Shown piece by piece: positions 11,416-22,545 of a stretch of 64,000 bases of DNA. The stretch's first letter is position 1; every line of letters begins with the position of its first letter. Under the pieces are notes generated by a model, which made no database searches, had not been told where the DNA came from, and was given only the letters and a program-made list of their open reading frames with translations. The DNA comes from Somniosus microcephalus. Taxonomy: Eukaryota. The DNA lies in assembly GCA_052327205.1 (NCBI GenBank), contig CM126202.1, forward strand, positions 393,700,001 through 393,764,000, given 5' to 3'. Made by a program: the position numbers and the translations under genes.

Positions 11416-12309
11416 TGTAAGGTCTTAATGATCCCTGAGTTCTTGGACAAGACACCAATAGGCAGCAGCTAGTATGTTTGAGCAATAGATCAAGATTTAT
11501 TAAGCTTACAGCGTAATTAATACTTAATATTAGGTGATAGTTTTAATGAGTAGCTCACAGCCCTTGGTCTCTGAAATCTCTCGGACACAGATGACGTCGT
11601 CTTAAGTCTATTCCTTTGTTCTTGCAGTATGGCTGTATAAAGTTGTTCTTTGAGTATCGAGGTTTTAACCCTTTTCTTATCAAAAGTTGGTTTGGCCAGT
11701 GTCCATATATGGTCTTTAACAAAATCACTTTTTTTAATTGGTTCTAATGGTCAAAATACCATTGTCACTCAGGTTAAGGCTAGTAACCTGGCCACTCCTT
11801 TTCCAGCATGTTTCCACTAACTCTGCCCCGCTGTCGTGTTATCTTGTTTATAGTTTTTCACACCATTGGAATTTATCATATCTCTTTCACTTCATAGCCT
11901 CCCTGGTACAAGGCCTTTATACCAAGGGCCCATATCAGCGCTGTTTTACCAGTCTTGAGGTATCCAGACTATCTCACTTTAATCTACCAGATAAATACCT
12001 TAACTTCCATGATCTCTCTCATTTTATGCCCTTATACTAATTATCCTTTAAATATTGTTGCAATTAGTTTTGTTAAGCGAATTCTAAATTCTATTCAGCA
12101 TTATAATGTTATTTAATGATTTGACCTTCACTTGCAGCCTGTAGCTGCTTGTTATCACAGCTTAGTCAAAACTGTGTTTGGCTGTCCCCGCAGCTGCATT
12201 CTGAACAAGTCTTAGCTTTTTAGTTACCCAGGAGTAATTATGGGTAATATTATTTGGTCAATGGCTACACTTGAAGTTATACATATATGATTCTTGTCTA
12301 CTAAATATT
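11416..12309 (-). repeat. 5' LTR of the ERV-like element (outer ~25 bp missing)
   Basis: Ends ...TTACA on the minus strand, 3 nt before the PBS. Contains AATAAA (minus) at 11496-11501 and a CArG box CCATATATGG at 11703-11712. Homologous to 2411-2717 and 7637-7688. Confidence 0.8.
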
Positions 12310-12329
12310 TTGTACGGTAGAGTTGTCAC

Positions 12330-12569
12330 CTTTCCTGACCTCATGAGATCATTGAATCGTTTCCTGCATCGGATCCAGGTCCTCGTCACCACATCCCTGC
12401 TGCTGACCTCCTCAGCTCTATCCAGCCAGGCTCGTTTGGTCTCTTTTGGAGGTCTCCTTCACCTATCAGCAGGGAAGAGGACCTCCCTGCGTGCTCTGAC
12501 TGCCTCCAACAGAGTATGCAGGGATGAGTCTGAAAACCATAGTGCAGCCCCCTGCCTTTGGCTATCCAT
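12330..12569 (-). pseudogene. PIF/Harbinger Myb/SANT-like DNA-binding protein exon with one in-frame stop
   Basis: Manual translation: MDSQRQGAALWFSDSSLHTLLEAVRARREVLFPADR*RRPPKETKRAWLDRAEEVSSRDVVTRTWIRCRKRFNDLMRSGK, then a GT donor. A TIR-like AAATTCTGGCCC lies at ~12999-13010. Confidence 0.8.
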
Positions 12570-12790
12570 CCTTGCTACTTTATAACAGTGCTCAGGCCTT
12601 TGTATGTCAGGTTCCGCCCTCCTCTAGCAACCTTCAAATGAGTTGAGTGCAACCTGCTTTTAAATATGGGCGCTGGAAATGAGTCATCGATTACGTCATC
12701 AGCCCCTCTCCATTTAATAGGGCTGGGAAACACACGAGTCTTTCAATTGGGGCCATTAAGTTAAAGTCGTTCTGAACAACGTGCTGCTCA

Positions 12791-12936
12791 GAACATAGAA
12801 ACATAGAAACATAGAAGATAGGAGCAGGAGTAGGCCATTTGGCCCCTCGAGCCTGCTCCGCCATTCAATGCGATCATGGCTGATCATCCAAATTCAGTAC
12901 CCTGTCCCTGCTTTCTCCCCATATCCCTTGATCCCC
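12791..12936 (-). mobile_element. Very short CR1 LINE 3' end inserted in the Harbinger remnant
   Basis: (CATAGAAA)n tail plus 3' UTR, matching the reverse complement of ~39340-39460. Confidence 0.85.
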
Positions 12937-13084
12937 AAGAACATCGCGTTCCCGACTCGCTACGCAGCCCACACGCACCTGACCCGACTCCAAGGTAAAA
13001 ATTCTGGCCCTTATTATTGCAGCGCCTTGGGACGTTTTACTACGTTAAAGGCGCTATATAAATACAAGTTGTTGTTGTTGTTGA

Positions 13085-13565
13085 ACGATGTCAAGACCAT
13101 GGAAAGGGTACAGAAGGGATTAACTAAAATGATAGAAGGGATGAGAGGCTTCAGTAATAAGGATAGTCAAGAAAAAAAAAATTTTCATAGGAACAAAGAA
13201 GAATATATGATACAGAAGTTTAAAATTTTGAGGTTTTGATAAGGTACCTTTCATTTTTGGTGAGTCAATAACTGGAGGGTATAAATTTAAGGCCATCACC
13301 AAAAGAATGAAGGAAAAGGTTAGGAGAAATGCCTTTATGTAGACAGTTGTTAGGACATAGAATGCCCCACCAGAAACAGTGATAGAAGAAAAATCCATAA
13401 TAGCTTTTAAAAGAGAAGTGGATAAATCTTTGACAAAGAAAATGTTAAAAGCTCTGGGAAAAGGGCAAGGGAATGGGATTAAGTGGATAGTTCTTTTAGT
13501 GAGCCTGCACAGACATGATGAGCTGAACGGTGTCCTTCTGTGCTGTAAAATTCTATGATTCTAAG
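13085..13565 (+). mobile_element. Old CR1 LINE 3' remnant, preceded by an L2-type 3' tail at ~13020-13083
   Basis: MERVQKGLTKMIEGMRG matches the CR1 C-terminus. A TTCTATGATTCTA tail ends the fragment. Confidence 0.7.
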
Positions 13566-14799
13566 TAGAGAGATGGACAGAGAGTTAAATTCTACCACCC
13601 AATTCTATACTCCGGCATTCTATATTTTCCCCCTTCCCTTTGCCCCACCAGTGGTGGCAGAACCTCCACCCTCAGGAACTCCCTTCCTAAACTCCTCTGC
13701 CTCTCTTCTCTCTCCACCATTTAAAGCTTTCTTAAAACCCAACTTTTCAACCAAGCTTTCACTCACCTCTTCTAACTCTCCCACACTCATTCAGCATTTG
13801 TTCCCTTTTATTTTTCTCTGTGAAGTGCCTTGAGCCATTTTTATGTTAAAAGTGCCAGATAAATGCAAGTTCTCATTATTGTTGCACCCAGTTTTAATTT
13901 TAACAAATGAAAACTGTAAGTGGTATGTGGGTTTATTCATGTACAATATACCAATCAGGCAATCATTTCCCCAAAAGCTACCTGAACAGTGACTCTCCCC
14001 CTTAAACCTCCCCTGGATTCACAAAAGGAACTTGTGTCCAATTAAAACATGGTGCCAGATTAAGCAAGACCTGTCAAGGTTGCATGCCAATATACTAATT
14101 AATGCGTTACAATGCTTGAGTAGATAAGAGTAACTAGTGAGGAAGAACCTTAAGTATTCCTAATATCAGAAGAGGTGTCAGCCTATTTTGAATTAGGCAT
14201 TGGGAAACGGAAAGGAGTGTAGTGCCTTTGTCAAACTAATTCAAATCTGACCGTTCTAGTTTCTGACATGTGTCATATTGAATGATATCTTGGAAAGGAT
14301 CCATGTGACAGAATCAACCATATTTGTTGGCCATTTGTAAAAATAGAGGTACTGTATATGAAAATATTATGCTTTGGCCACCAAACCAAGAAAAATTTTG
14401 AAAGATTCAGTAAGGGTACAAAGTTAAAGGAAGTTGCAAAGAGCTTTGGAATCGGGTCTACCAAATTGAGAAAGTGCTAAGAGTGAAAATTAGAAGGTTA
14501 AGTGATTAATCGAACAAGGGTAAATCTTACAAAATGTATCACAAATTCCCTTTTGATAGCTAAAGTCTCTGAACAAAGATACAGAGAAAAGTAACTTTAA
14601 CAATAAATAGAAACATGTCCATGCAAGGTTAGTTAAGCTAGAACGAGCAGAGAACTGAAGTGTTGTTACAGGCATCCCCAGAGGTGGAGCCGAGCATTCA
14701 AGCTGAAGGAAAAACTACCCAACGCTACACCAGCCAACATACTAGAAGGACAAGGTTATTTGTTTATGCCATATTACAGAGGGATAGCTTGAATATTTG

Positions 14800-15140
14800 A
14801 ATGCTGGAAACTGAGCAAGAAATGCTGCATTGTTGGAGATGCTGGCCTTCAGAAGAGATATTAATCCAAGGCCTTATCTTCTTGTTTTGTTGGTTCTGGT
14901 GTCTATTTGAAGAAGAGCAGGGAGTTCAGGGTGTCCTGGCCAATATTCCTCCCTCAAACAGCTACACCAAAAATAGATTAACTGGTCATTCATTTCATTG
15001 TTGTTTGTAGGATCTTGCTGTGTGCAAAAAGCCACATATGCCTACATAACTGTCACTGTGCTTCTATGTAATTGATTGTATGTAAAGCACTTTGAGATAT
15101 TTCCAAAAGTGTGATAAGATGCTATATAAAGCTATATATA
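14800..15140 (+). mobile_element. Decayed Deu-domain SINE
   Basis: GAAGAAGAGCAGGGAG...GGTGTCCTGGCCAATATT core, shared with 21485-21870. Confidence 0.65.
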
Positions 15141-15725
15141 AGCCTATTTTTCCTCAGAGACTGATTTAATAAAATATCTCCATTTAGCTCACCCCTCAGA
15201 AACCATCTCCATTTCGTGTTTTATGCTAGTTTCACTTGGAGAAAATTAAAACAGTTTGAAAATGAGTGAATCCCGATCACTACTCTGTTAATTGTTCATT
15301 AACAGGTACCCAACAAGCAAATAAAAGCCTTTAATACCAAATCTGTGCATTAAAGTGGGCAACAATTATAAATGCACAAGTAATTTCAATAGAGGAAAAA
15401 CAGAAAAGAATGGAGGTAGTAGCAACAACAACTTGTATTTATATTGTGGGGGACTACGGTCTCCCGCGTAAAGAAATAGGCAACACAGCGAGCTACAAGA
15501 AATAGGTCTTTACTCCAACTCTCAATACAGTACTGAATTCGTGAAGCCCGCGAACCTGTGATGACACACGGATTAGTCACCTGCTGGAACCTGGTTGGTT
15601 TTCCTTCTATCAGCAGCAGGCAAGTCTGAACGTGCCTTATTCCTCTCAGCTTGCAACTGTCTTGCGGGGGGAGGGGAATACAGCAGTTAAAAGGGGATTA
15701 TACAGGTTTATCTACATACACACAG

Positions 15726-18700
15726 TGATGTAAGAAAAAGGAGGCTTACCATCAAGTAACTTTAAAGTAAGCTTTAAGTAACTTATAAACACACTATATA
15801 CACAAGAGAGGTCTTTACCATGCCTCTGGTAGAAGCCTCTTACAATACTGAACAGACCAGTATTTATACCAGTCCAACAGGAAGTGACACATGACAGGAA
15901 GTGAGGTATGTACACAGTTCATAGTTCATAGTTCACAGTTCACAGTAAGTGATGACATAACTTCCCGGAAGTTATTATTTTTATCACATTCTTCCCTCCT
16001 GCAGGTTTAGGAGGCTGTGGTCTACCTTTTGGTCCGCAGCCGCCGAACAAGGAAGAGTCGCACCCGTTTGGATTCCCGTCGTAGAGGGTCGCTGGTCCGC
16101 TTACATGCGGTTGGCCATTGGCCAGAGTCCGTGTGGCCTGGATTGCCCTGTGAAGGGTCGGGGAGATCATGGCTTCGAGTACGAGCCCCAATAGGTTCAA
16201 AGTCAGACTGCCTCTGTTCAGAGGGAGGTGCAGAGCTGGTCTGTGGCAGACCAGTACTTTCATGCGTGGTACTGGGAGGGTCGCAACCTTGAGCACGGGG
16301 TTCTACCGGCACCAAGCTAGTTGGTGTCCGATCAGGATCCTGGAGAGGGGTACCCGATAGGTCCCAAGAGTTTCCTGGTGAAATGCCATCACCCGATGTC
16401 CCACTAGGTCCTGGTGGGCAGGGAGCCAGATCCCGTAATGATACGGTAGATTCTCGGCCGTCGGAATATCGTATGTTTGCATAGGTGGGGTTGGCATCGG
16501 TTAGTTCGACCTCGTCTACAAGAGGGTCATTTTTAGACGTCCGAACGTATCTTCGGAGTAATACAGGTCCAGGAGTAGTTAGCCATGACGGGAGTGATGT
16601 CCCATGAGATGAGCGACGCTGGAATCCAAAGAACCGCTCATGAGGTGTAGTATTTGTGGCTGTAGAAAGCAGGGACCGTATAGAGTGCAATGCATCCGGA
16701 AGCACTGTTTCCCATTGCTGGTCTGGTAGGCCCCGAGATCTTAAAGCGAGACGTACGGAATTCCAGATGATACCGTTATACCTCTCTACCTGCCCATTTC
16801 CGATGGGATGGTATGGTGTTGTTTTGCTTGTAGCAATTCCCCGTTCTGCGAGGTAGTCCTTGAGTTCCCTTGACATAAAGGATGGACCCCGATCTGAGTG
16901 AATATAAGCCGGCATGCCACAGAGAGAAAATACCTGCTCAAGGCAGCAGATTACTGTGGACGCCAGCATATTGGAGCAGGGGAAGGCAAACGGAAAACGT
17001 GAATATTCGTCGATCATGGCGAGCAAATATGTGTTCCGAGTTGAAGAGGGCACTGGGCCCTTAAAATCGATGCTAAGTTGTTGCATCGGTTGGGTTGCAT
17101 GTATGAGTATACCATCTGAGGGGCGGAAGAACTGAGGTTTTAATTCCGCACAAAGCCGGCATTCTGAGCATATTTTCTTTACATCTCCAGTGGAAAAAGG
17201 GAGATTCCGTGATCGTACGAAATGTAGCATGCGCGTAACGCCAGGATGGCACAAACCATTGTGGACATCCATGAGGGTGGAGGATGACATAGTGGAGCAG
17301 AATGCCCGTGTGAGGGTGTCCGGGGCCACATTCTCCTTGCCAGGCCGATAGAGAATGGTATAACCAAAAGAGACCAGTTCCATCCTCCAAAGTTGTATTT
17401 TATTATTCTTAATTTTGGTTCGTTTTCGATTATCGAGCATGAAGGCGACTGATCGTTGGTCCGTGATCAATGTAAAGTGCTGGCGAGCTAGAAAATGGTT
17501 CCACTTCCGTACTGCCTCTATGATGGCTGTGGCTTCTTTCTCAACCGGAGGATAATGTAGCTCGGCACCTTGTAAGGTCCTGGACATAAATGCTACAGGA
17601 CGACCTTCCTGATTCAGAGTAGCCGAGATCGCCACCTCCGAGGCATCACATTCAACCACGAAAGGGAGATTCTCATCAATGGAGTGAAGAGCCGCTTTCT
17701 CCAACTGTTTTTTTGAGAAGGTTAAAGGCTGCAACAGCCGCTGTTCCCAGTGGAAATGATCTAGCATGCAGCAAGGGTTGGATTTTGTCCGAAAAATGAG
17801 GAATCCATTTAGCGTAGTATGCAAACAGACCGAGAGCCCGACGTAAAGAAGCCGGATTCTTAGGTGACGGGAGCTCTTGGAGCGGGCGAAGTCTTTCTGG
17901 GTCTGGCTTAATGATACCATTGCCTACGCAGTAGCCAAGGATGTTGATGGTCGGTTGCGACTCAACAGATTTGGATTCATTCAGGGTCAAATTACGGCGA
18001 TGGAGGGCATCCCGAAATTTTTGGAGGTTGGAGTCGTGTTCCTGTTGATCGTGACCTGCAATGGTAATGTTATCAAGATAGGGAAAAGTGTCCCTTAGGT
18101 TTTCCTGCTTAACCAGGCCATCCATTGCCCGTTGAAAGACAGCCACTCCATTAGTAACCCCGAATGGGAGGCGACGAAATTGGTACAGCCGTCCATTAGC
18201 CTCAAAGGCTGTGTACTGCTTATCTGAGACCTTCAAGGGTAACTGATGATAGGCACTTTTTAAATCGTAAGTTGAGAACACTTTGTATTCGGCCAGTTTA
18301 TTAACCATATCATCAATGCGTGGCAATGGGTAGGCGTCCAAGTCGGTATATTGATTGATGGTTTGTGAATAATCGATGCATAGTCGCTGTTTGTGAGGTT
18401 TTAGAGGGTTCTTGACAATGACGACTTGAGCCCGCCAGGGCGACGAACATGGTTCAATGATATCCTCTGCTAGAAGTCGAGAGATTTCAGCCGCAATAAA
18501 AGATTGGTCTTCCTGATTAAAGCGCCGCGATTTCGTTATTATCGGTTGGCATTGAGGCGGAATACTGGCAAATAATGAGGGTTCATCAAGTGAAGCTGCT
18601 GATAATGCACAAAATGGTAATTTAGACGGTATATTAGAAATAGTAAGTCCGGGTTTGGATCCACCAAACTCAATGGGGAGTTTCTTATGCTGTTTTTGGA

Positions 18701-20297
18701 AGTCCAGTCCTAAGAGGAGATCACTACATAAGTCCTTGAGCACCGAAAGTCGGGTGGAGGGATACATACGACCATGAAGTGTCATATCAACAACACAAAA
18801 GCCGGAGATTCTGGTATTAAGTGATGACTGGGCCATCGCAATTGCCTGGTCCGATGGGAAGACATGTAGTTTCAATTTCGCAACAATCTGTTCCTTAATG
18901 AAACTATCAGTACTTCCTGAGTCAATTAAGGCATCCAAGGTATGCCCTTTAATTGAAATTTTTGTGGCAGCATGAGACAGGTTCTGTGGGCAAGCAGCTG
19001 TAATTGGTGTCGTTGCACAGAGAGTGGCTAAAACTCTCGGTGTGCTTCTTCGGGAGAGAGCTCGAGAGGAAGCTTGATAGGTCCTAGCTGGAGCATCTTG
19101 ATAGGCCCTAATTGGGGCAGTTCGGTAGGCCTTAGCTGGATTGGCCCTCGTAGAGGCCCTTGATAGGCAAACTTTAGCAAAGTGTCCTTTTTTCCCGCAA
19201 TAACTGCAGATTGCATTGCGAGCAGGGCAGGTTTTCCTAGGGTGAAAAGCATCTCCACAAAAGAAGCATTCCTTCCTAGATTGCCAAGAGGCTGCTAAAG
19301 TGGGGTCGTCCTCCTCTTCTTCATCAGAATTATCAGAATTAGATTCCCCCATGATAGGGTTCACCTGAGACCGCTTGAATTGTCTGGTTGCAGCTACAGC
19401 AGCAGATCGAGATCTGGGCAGCTGATAGAGGTCTGCATTTCTCTTTGCCAAATCCAGTGAACAAGCTAGGTCAAAAGCTTTTTGTAGCTCAAGTGTTTTA
19501 CTTTCTAGTAGACGCTGGCGTATAAATGGAGAGGCAATCCCGCAGATGAAAGCATCACGAATCATTTCTTGGCGGTACAGCTCAGCTGAGGCTGCCTGAA
19601 AGTTACAATCTACGCTGAGCCTGCGAAGTTCTTGCAGGAATTCGTCAATTGATTCCCCTGGCCCTTGTCGGGCTGTGGCCAGTAGATGTCTAGCATAGAC
19701 CTCATTTGGGGTCTTCGCATACAGTTTCTTAAGTGCCCGAATCACCTCTTCGTAATTATCCCAGTCATCAACATATTCGAACACTTTTGGGGTCACATAA
19801 TTGATAAGTATCTTCAATCTAGCAGGAGCATCCGCTTCACATTCATCCAGAAAATTCTCAAAAGTACGGTACCAATGCTTCCATACCCTGCCAGCTGCTG
19901 GTGCATTCGGGTCCAAGTCCAGACGAATAGGTCTAAGGATTTTCTCCATGATGGGTGGTTCCCTGGATCCTTAATTCCGAGTTTGTCCGAAGGTCTAGTA
20001 TTCGTGAGTGTAAATACTAAGTTACTTAAATTGATGTAAGAAAAAGGAGGCTTACCATCAAGTAACTTTAAAGTAAGCTTTAAGTAACTTATAAACACAC
20101 TATATACAAGAGAGGTCTTTACCATGCCTCTGGTAGAAGCCTCTTACAATACTGAACAGACCAGTATTTATACCAGTCCAACAGGAAGTGACACATGACA
20201 GGAAGTGAGGTATGTACACAGTTCATAGTTCATAGTTCACAGTTCACAGTTCACAGGAAGTGATGACATAACTTCCCGGAAGTTATTATTTTTATCA
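15726..20297 (-). mobile_element. Full-length young Ty3/Gypsy LTR retrotransposon
   Basis: LTRs at 15726-15986 and 20032-20297 (TGAT...ATCA) are nearly identical. TSD CACAG at 15721-15725 and 20298-20302. Polypurine tract AGGAGGGAAGAATG. Domain order is PR-RT-RH-IN. Confidence 0.97.
16022..19949 (-). CDS. gag-pol polyprotein with a single frameshift in the A7 run at ~17708-17714
   Basis: Two zinc knuckles (CFFCGDAFHPRKTC, CSYCGKKGHFAKVC), protease LIDSGS, RT DLKSAY/LPFG/YLDN, RNase H CDAS, and integrase HHCC plus DDE. Confidence 0.93.
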
Positions 20298-20312
20298 CAC
20301 AGTGTTTCCCCA

Positions 20313-20570
20313 ATATAGCGCCTTTAACGTAGTAAAACATCCCAAGGCGCTGCACAGGGGTATTTTAAGACAACAAATTTGACATCGATCCGCATAAGGA
20401 TAAATTAGGACAGGTGACCAAAAGCTTGGTCAAAGAGGTAGGTTTTAAGAAGCGTCTTAAAGAGAGGTAGAGAGGTGGAGAGGTTTAGGGAGGGAATTCC
20501 AGAGCTTAGGGCCTAGGCAACAGAAGGCACGACTACCAAAGGTTGAGCGATTATAATCAGGGATGCACTA
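20313..20570 (-). mobile_element. L2 LINE 3' end (its tail lies at 15423-15444)
   Basis: The first ~40 bp are the reverse complement of the L2-type terminus at 13020-13083. Confidence 0.75.
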
Positions 20571-20839
20571 ACACATACAACCACTGATTCCTAATGTTCA
20601 CTTAACATATGGGCTACTTTTAATGCACAGAAAGGAATTCCCCCAAATTCAGGGTTTTTATAAATAATGTCCATTTTTCCACGTTTTGTACCCTGTATTG
20701 TGGAGCCATTAGTTAATAAGGTTTCCAACATTGCTTTATTACCAAACATCAGAACTTAATCCATTATCCCACCTGTTGACTTATCCCTATTGTACCCCAG
20801 CCTAATTTGGAACTTGGCAACAATGGCTAATTCAAACCA

Positions 20840-21350
20840 TTGAGCTGTCCTTTCACATTGGGGCTCTGGGGTGGAGAGTGCTGCACGGAGCAGTCCCGAC
20901 AAACCGTTTTTTATGCCACTTCACGACTTCCAGGCTGCCTGTAACTTTTGTGGACTGGATAAGTCCGTGTTTCACATTAGCACGGAGTGTGAGAGGTTGC
21001 AGCCCCTGTTCCATTATTTGAAGGGGCTGCTCCTCAACGTCTGGCTCCACTTCAGTCCCACGTTCCTGATCTTTAGGCAAGTTGGAGGAGTGGGTCTACT
21101 CCTAGGCCTAACCAAGGTAGTCATCCACAGGTCCAGGTTGGATGCAGCCCACGGGGGTGATTGTCTGGCTCTCTGCCGCTCTTCCGCAGCTTTGTTGGCG
21201 CCCAGGTGACCCTGGAGAAGGAGCATGTAGTGTCTGCCAGTACGCTTAAGCCCTTCGGCGACCGATGGACACTGCAGGGACTGGAATGTGTAGTAGATAT
21301 GGGAGAATTTGTGTTTTTTATGATTTGGGTTTTATTAGTTGTGCCCTTCT
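20840..21350 (+). mobile_element. L1/Tx1-clade ORF2 C-terminal fragment
   Basis: CNFCGLDKSVFHISTEC zinc finger (C-x2-C-x7-H-x4-C) followed by a typical C-terminus, LEKEHVVS...FGDRW. Confidence 0.75.
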
Positions 21351-21484
21351 AAAAAGTGGCACTTTTGTTTAGACTTTTAGTTGATGGCACTGGGGCAACC
21401 CAGCGTCTCCTTAAGGGTACAATTAAAGGAGTTAGAGCTGTCCTTATCATAAAAATTTTAGGATTTAAATTTAGATTTACCATT

Positions 21485-21870
21485 CCAGAGCACAAAAATC
21501 TAGGCTGACACTCCAGTGCAGTACTGAGGGCTGCACTGTCGGAGGTGCTGTCTTTCGGATGAGATGTTAAACCGAGGCCCCGTATGTTCTCTCAGGTGGA
21601 CGTAAAAGATCCTGTGGCACTATTTCAAAGAAGAGCAGGGGAGTTATCCCCGATGTCCTAGCCAACATTTATTCCTCAATCAACATCATTAAAAAGAGTA
21701 TCTGGTCATTATCACATTGCTGTTTGTGGGCGCTTGCTGTGCGTTAATTGGCTGCCGTGTTTCCTACAACAGTGACTACACTTCAAAAAGTACTGCATTG
21801 GCTGTAGAACGCTTTGGGACATCCGGTGATCCTGAAAGGCGCTATATAAATGCAAGTCTTTCTATCAAGC
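21485..21870 (+). mobile_element. Deu-domain SINE (SacSINE1-like) with an L2-type tail
   Basis: TCTAGGCTGACACTCCAGTGCAGTACTGAGGG...GGATGAGATGTTAAACCGAGG core and GCTATATAAATGCAAGTC tail. Multiple copies occur in the window. Confidence 0.85.
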
Positions 21871-22019
21871 TTATAAGCAAAAAGCTTTGCAGCCCCCGTT
21901 TATATATACTCGGTTGTTTATTTTGAGATATGAGATAGTAAAAAGTCACATATTTAAAGCGAGATGTGTTAAGAGTTAGCAGTCTAGCCAACCCTTTATT
22001 TAAGAGCAGAAACCCGCTT

Positions 22020-22545
22020 CTTTCTGCTGCGCTCAAGAGGAGCGGCGGATGCTTCCACACGCGGGAGGGCGGCGCTCCGCGCGCCAGCCAGTGAGGTGGC
22101 GCCGCTCTTGTCTTGCCTTTGTGGGAGGGGCGAAGTCGTTGGCGTTGGCTGAGTGGAGCTATGGCGCCGAGCTGAAAGGACGGGATCTGTAGCCGGGGGA
22201 TCAGCTGTTGGGGGCGAGCCGAGTGTCTACTGACTTTATGGATAAGCCGGCACCGACAGCGAGAAGCGCCGCTGGGAAGTCTGTGATAATATCCTTTAAC
22301 CTGGGGAGAGGAGCAAATCGGCAACGGGGTGTAGCATAGGGCCGGGATCCTGGCAACCGACAAAAACAACAAAATAAGCCCGGGTCACGGAGCAGAGTCA
22401 GCCCGGGTCGCTGGAAATAGCGCGGGGCCGGGCTGGGCCAGGATGTTCCTGCCGTCTGGCAATAGACGTCCCCTGAAGCGGTTCTCGCACCGCTGCAACT
22501 TGTCCAGACTCTCAGCCTTGTAAGATGTGCAGTGACTCGCGGTCC
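22020..22545 (+). promoter_or_regulatory. CpG island / probable promoter and first exon of an unidentified host gene
   Basis: Non-repetitive GC- and CpG-rich block in a CpG-depleted background, with GC boxes (GAGGGCGG, GAGGGGCG) and ATGGCG at 22161. T-rich intron-like sequence follows on the + strand. Confidence 0.75.

Larger units (their letters stand above)
2405..12309 (-). mobile_element. Internally deleted, non-autonomous LTR retroelement/ERV with a tRNA-Arg PBS
   Basis: 2411-2717 plus 7637-7688 align closely with 11950-12308, giving two LTR copies. A PBS lies next to the LTR end at 11416, and a purine tract (minus strand AAGGTGGGAAC) lies next to TG at 7713. No pol motifs are found inside. 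Confidence 0.8.
15445..20312. mobile_element. Solo LTR (~290 bp: 15445-15725 plus 20303-20312) split by the Gypsy insertion
   Basis: TGTGGGGG...TTCCCCA ends with ATAT target-site duplication (TSD) at 15441-15444 and 20313-20316. The flanks rejoin into the L2 tail CAACAACAACTTGTATTTATATAGCGCC. Confidence 0.7.

Noticed and set aside
15910-15950. CRISPR-like or other prokaryotic repeat array
   Set aside because: These are 7-bp tandem units inside an LTR with no spacers. The window is eukaryotic and has no cas genes.
17700-17720. Programmed ribosomal frameshift at the A7 run
   Set aside because: It lies between RT and RNase H rather than at the gag-pol boundary, so a 1-nt indel or sequencing error is more plausible.
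21842-22372. 176-aa minus-strand ORF over the CpG island
   Set aside because: It has a non-ATG start, runs into a SINE, is explained by GC-rich stop depletion, and has no recognisable domain.
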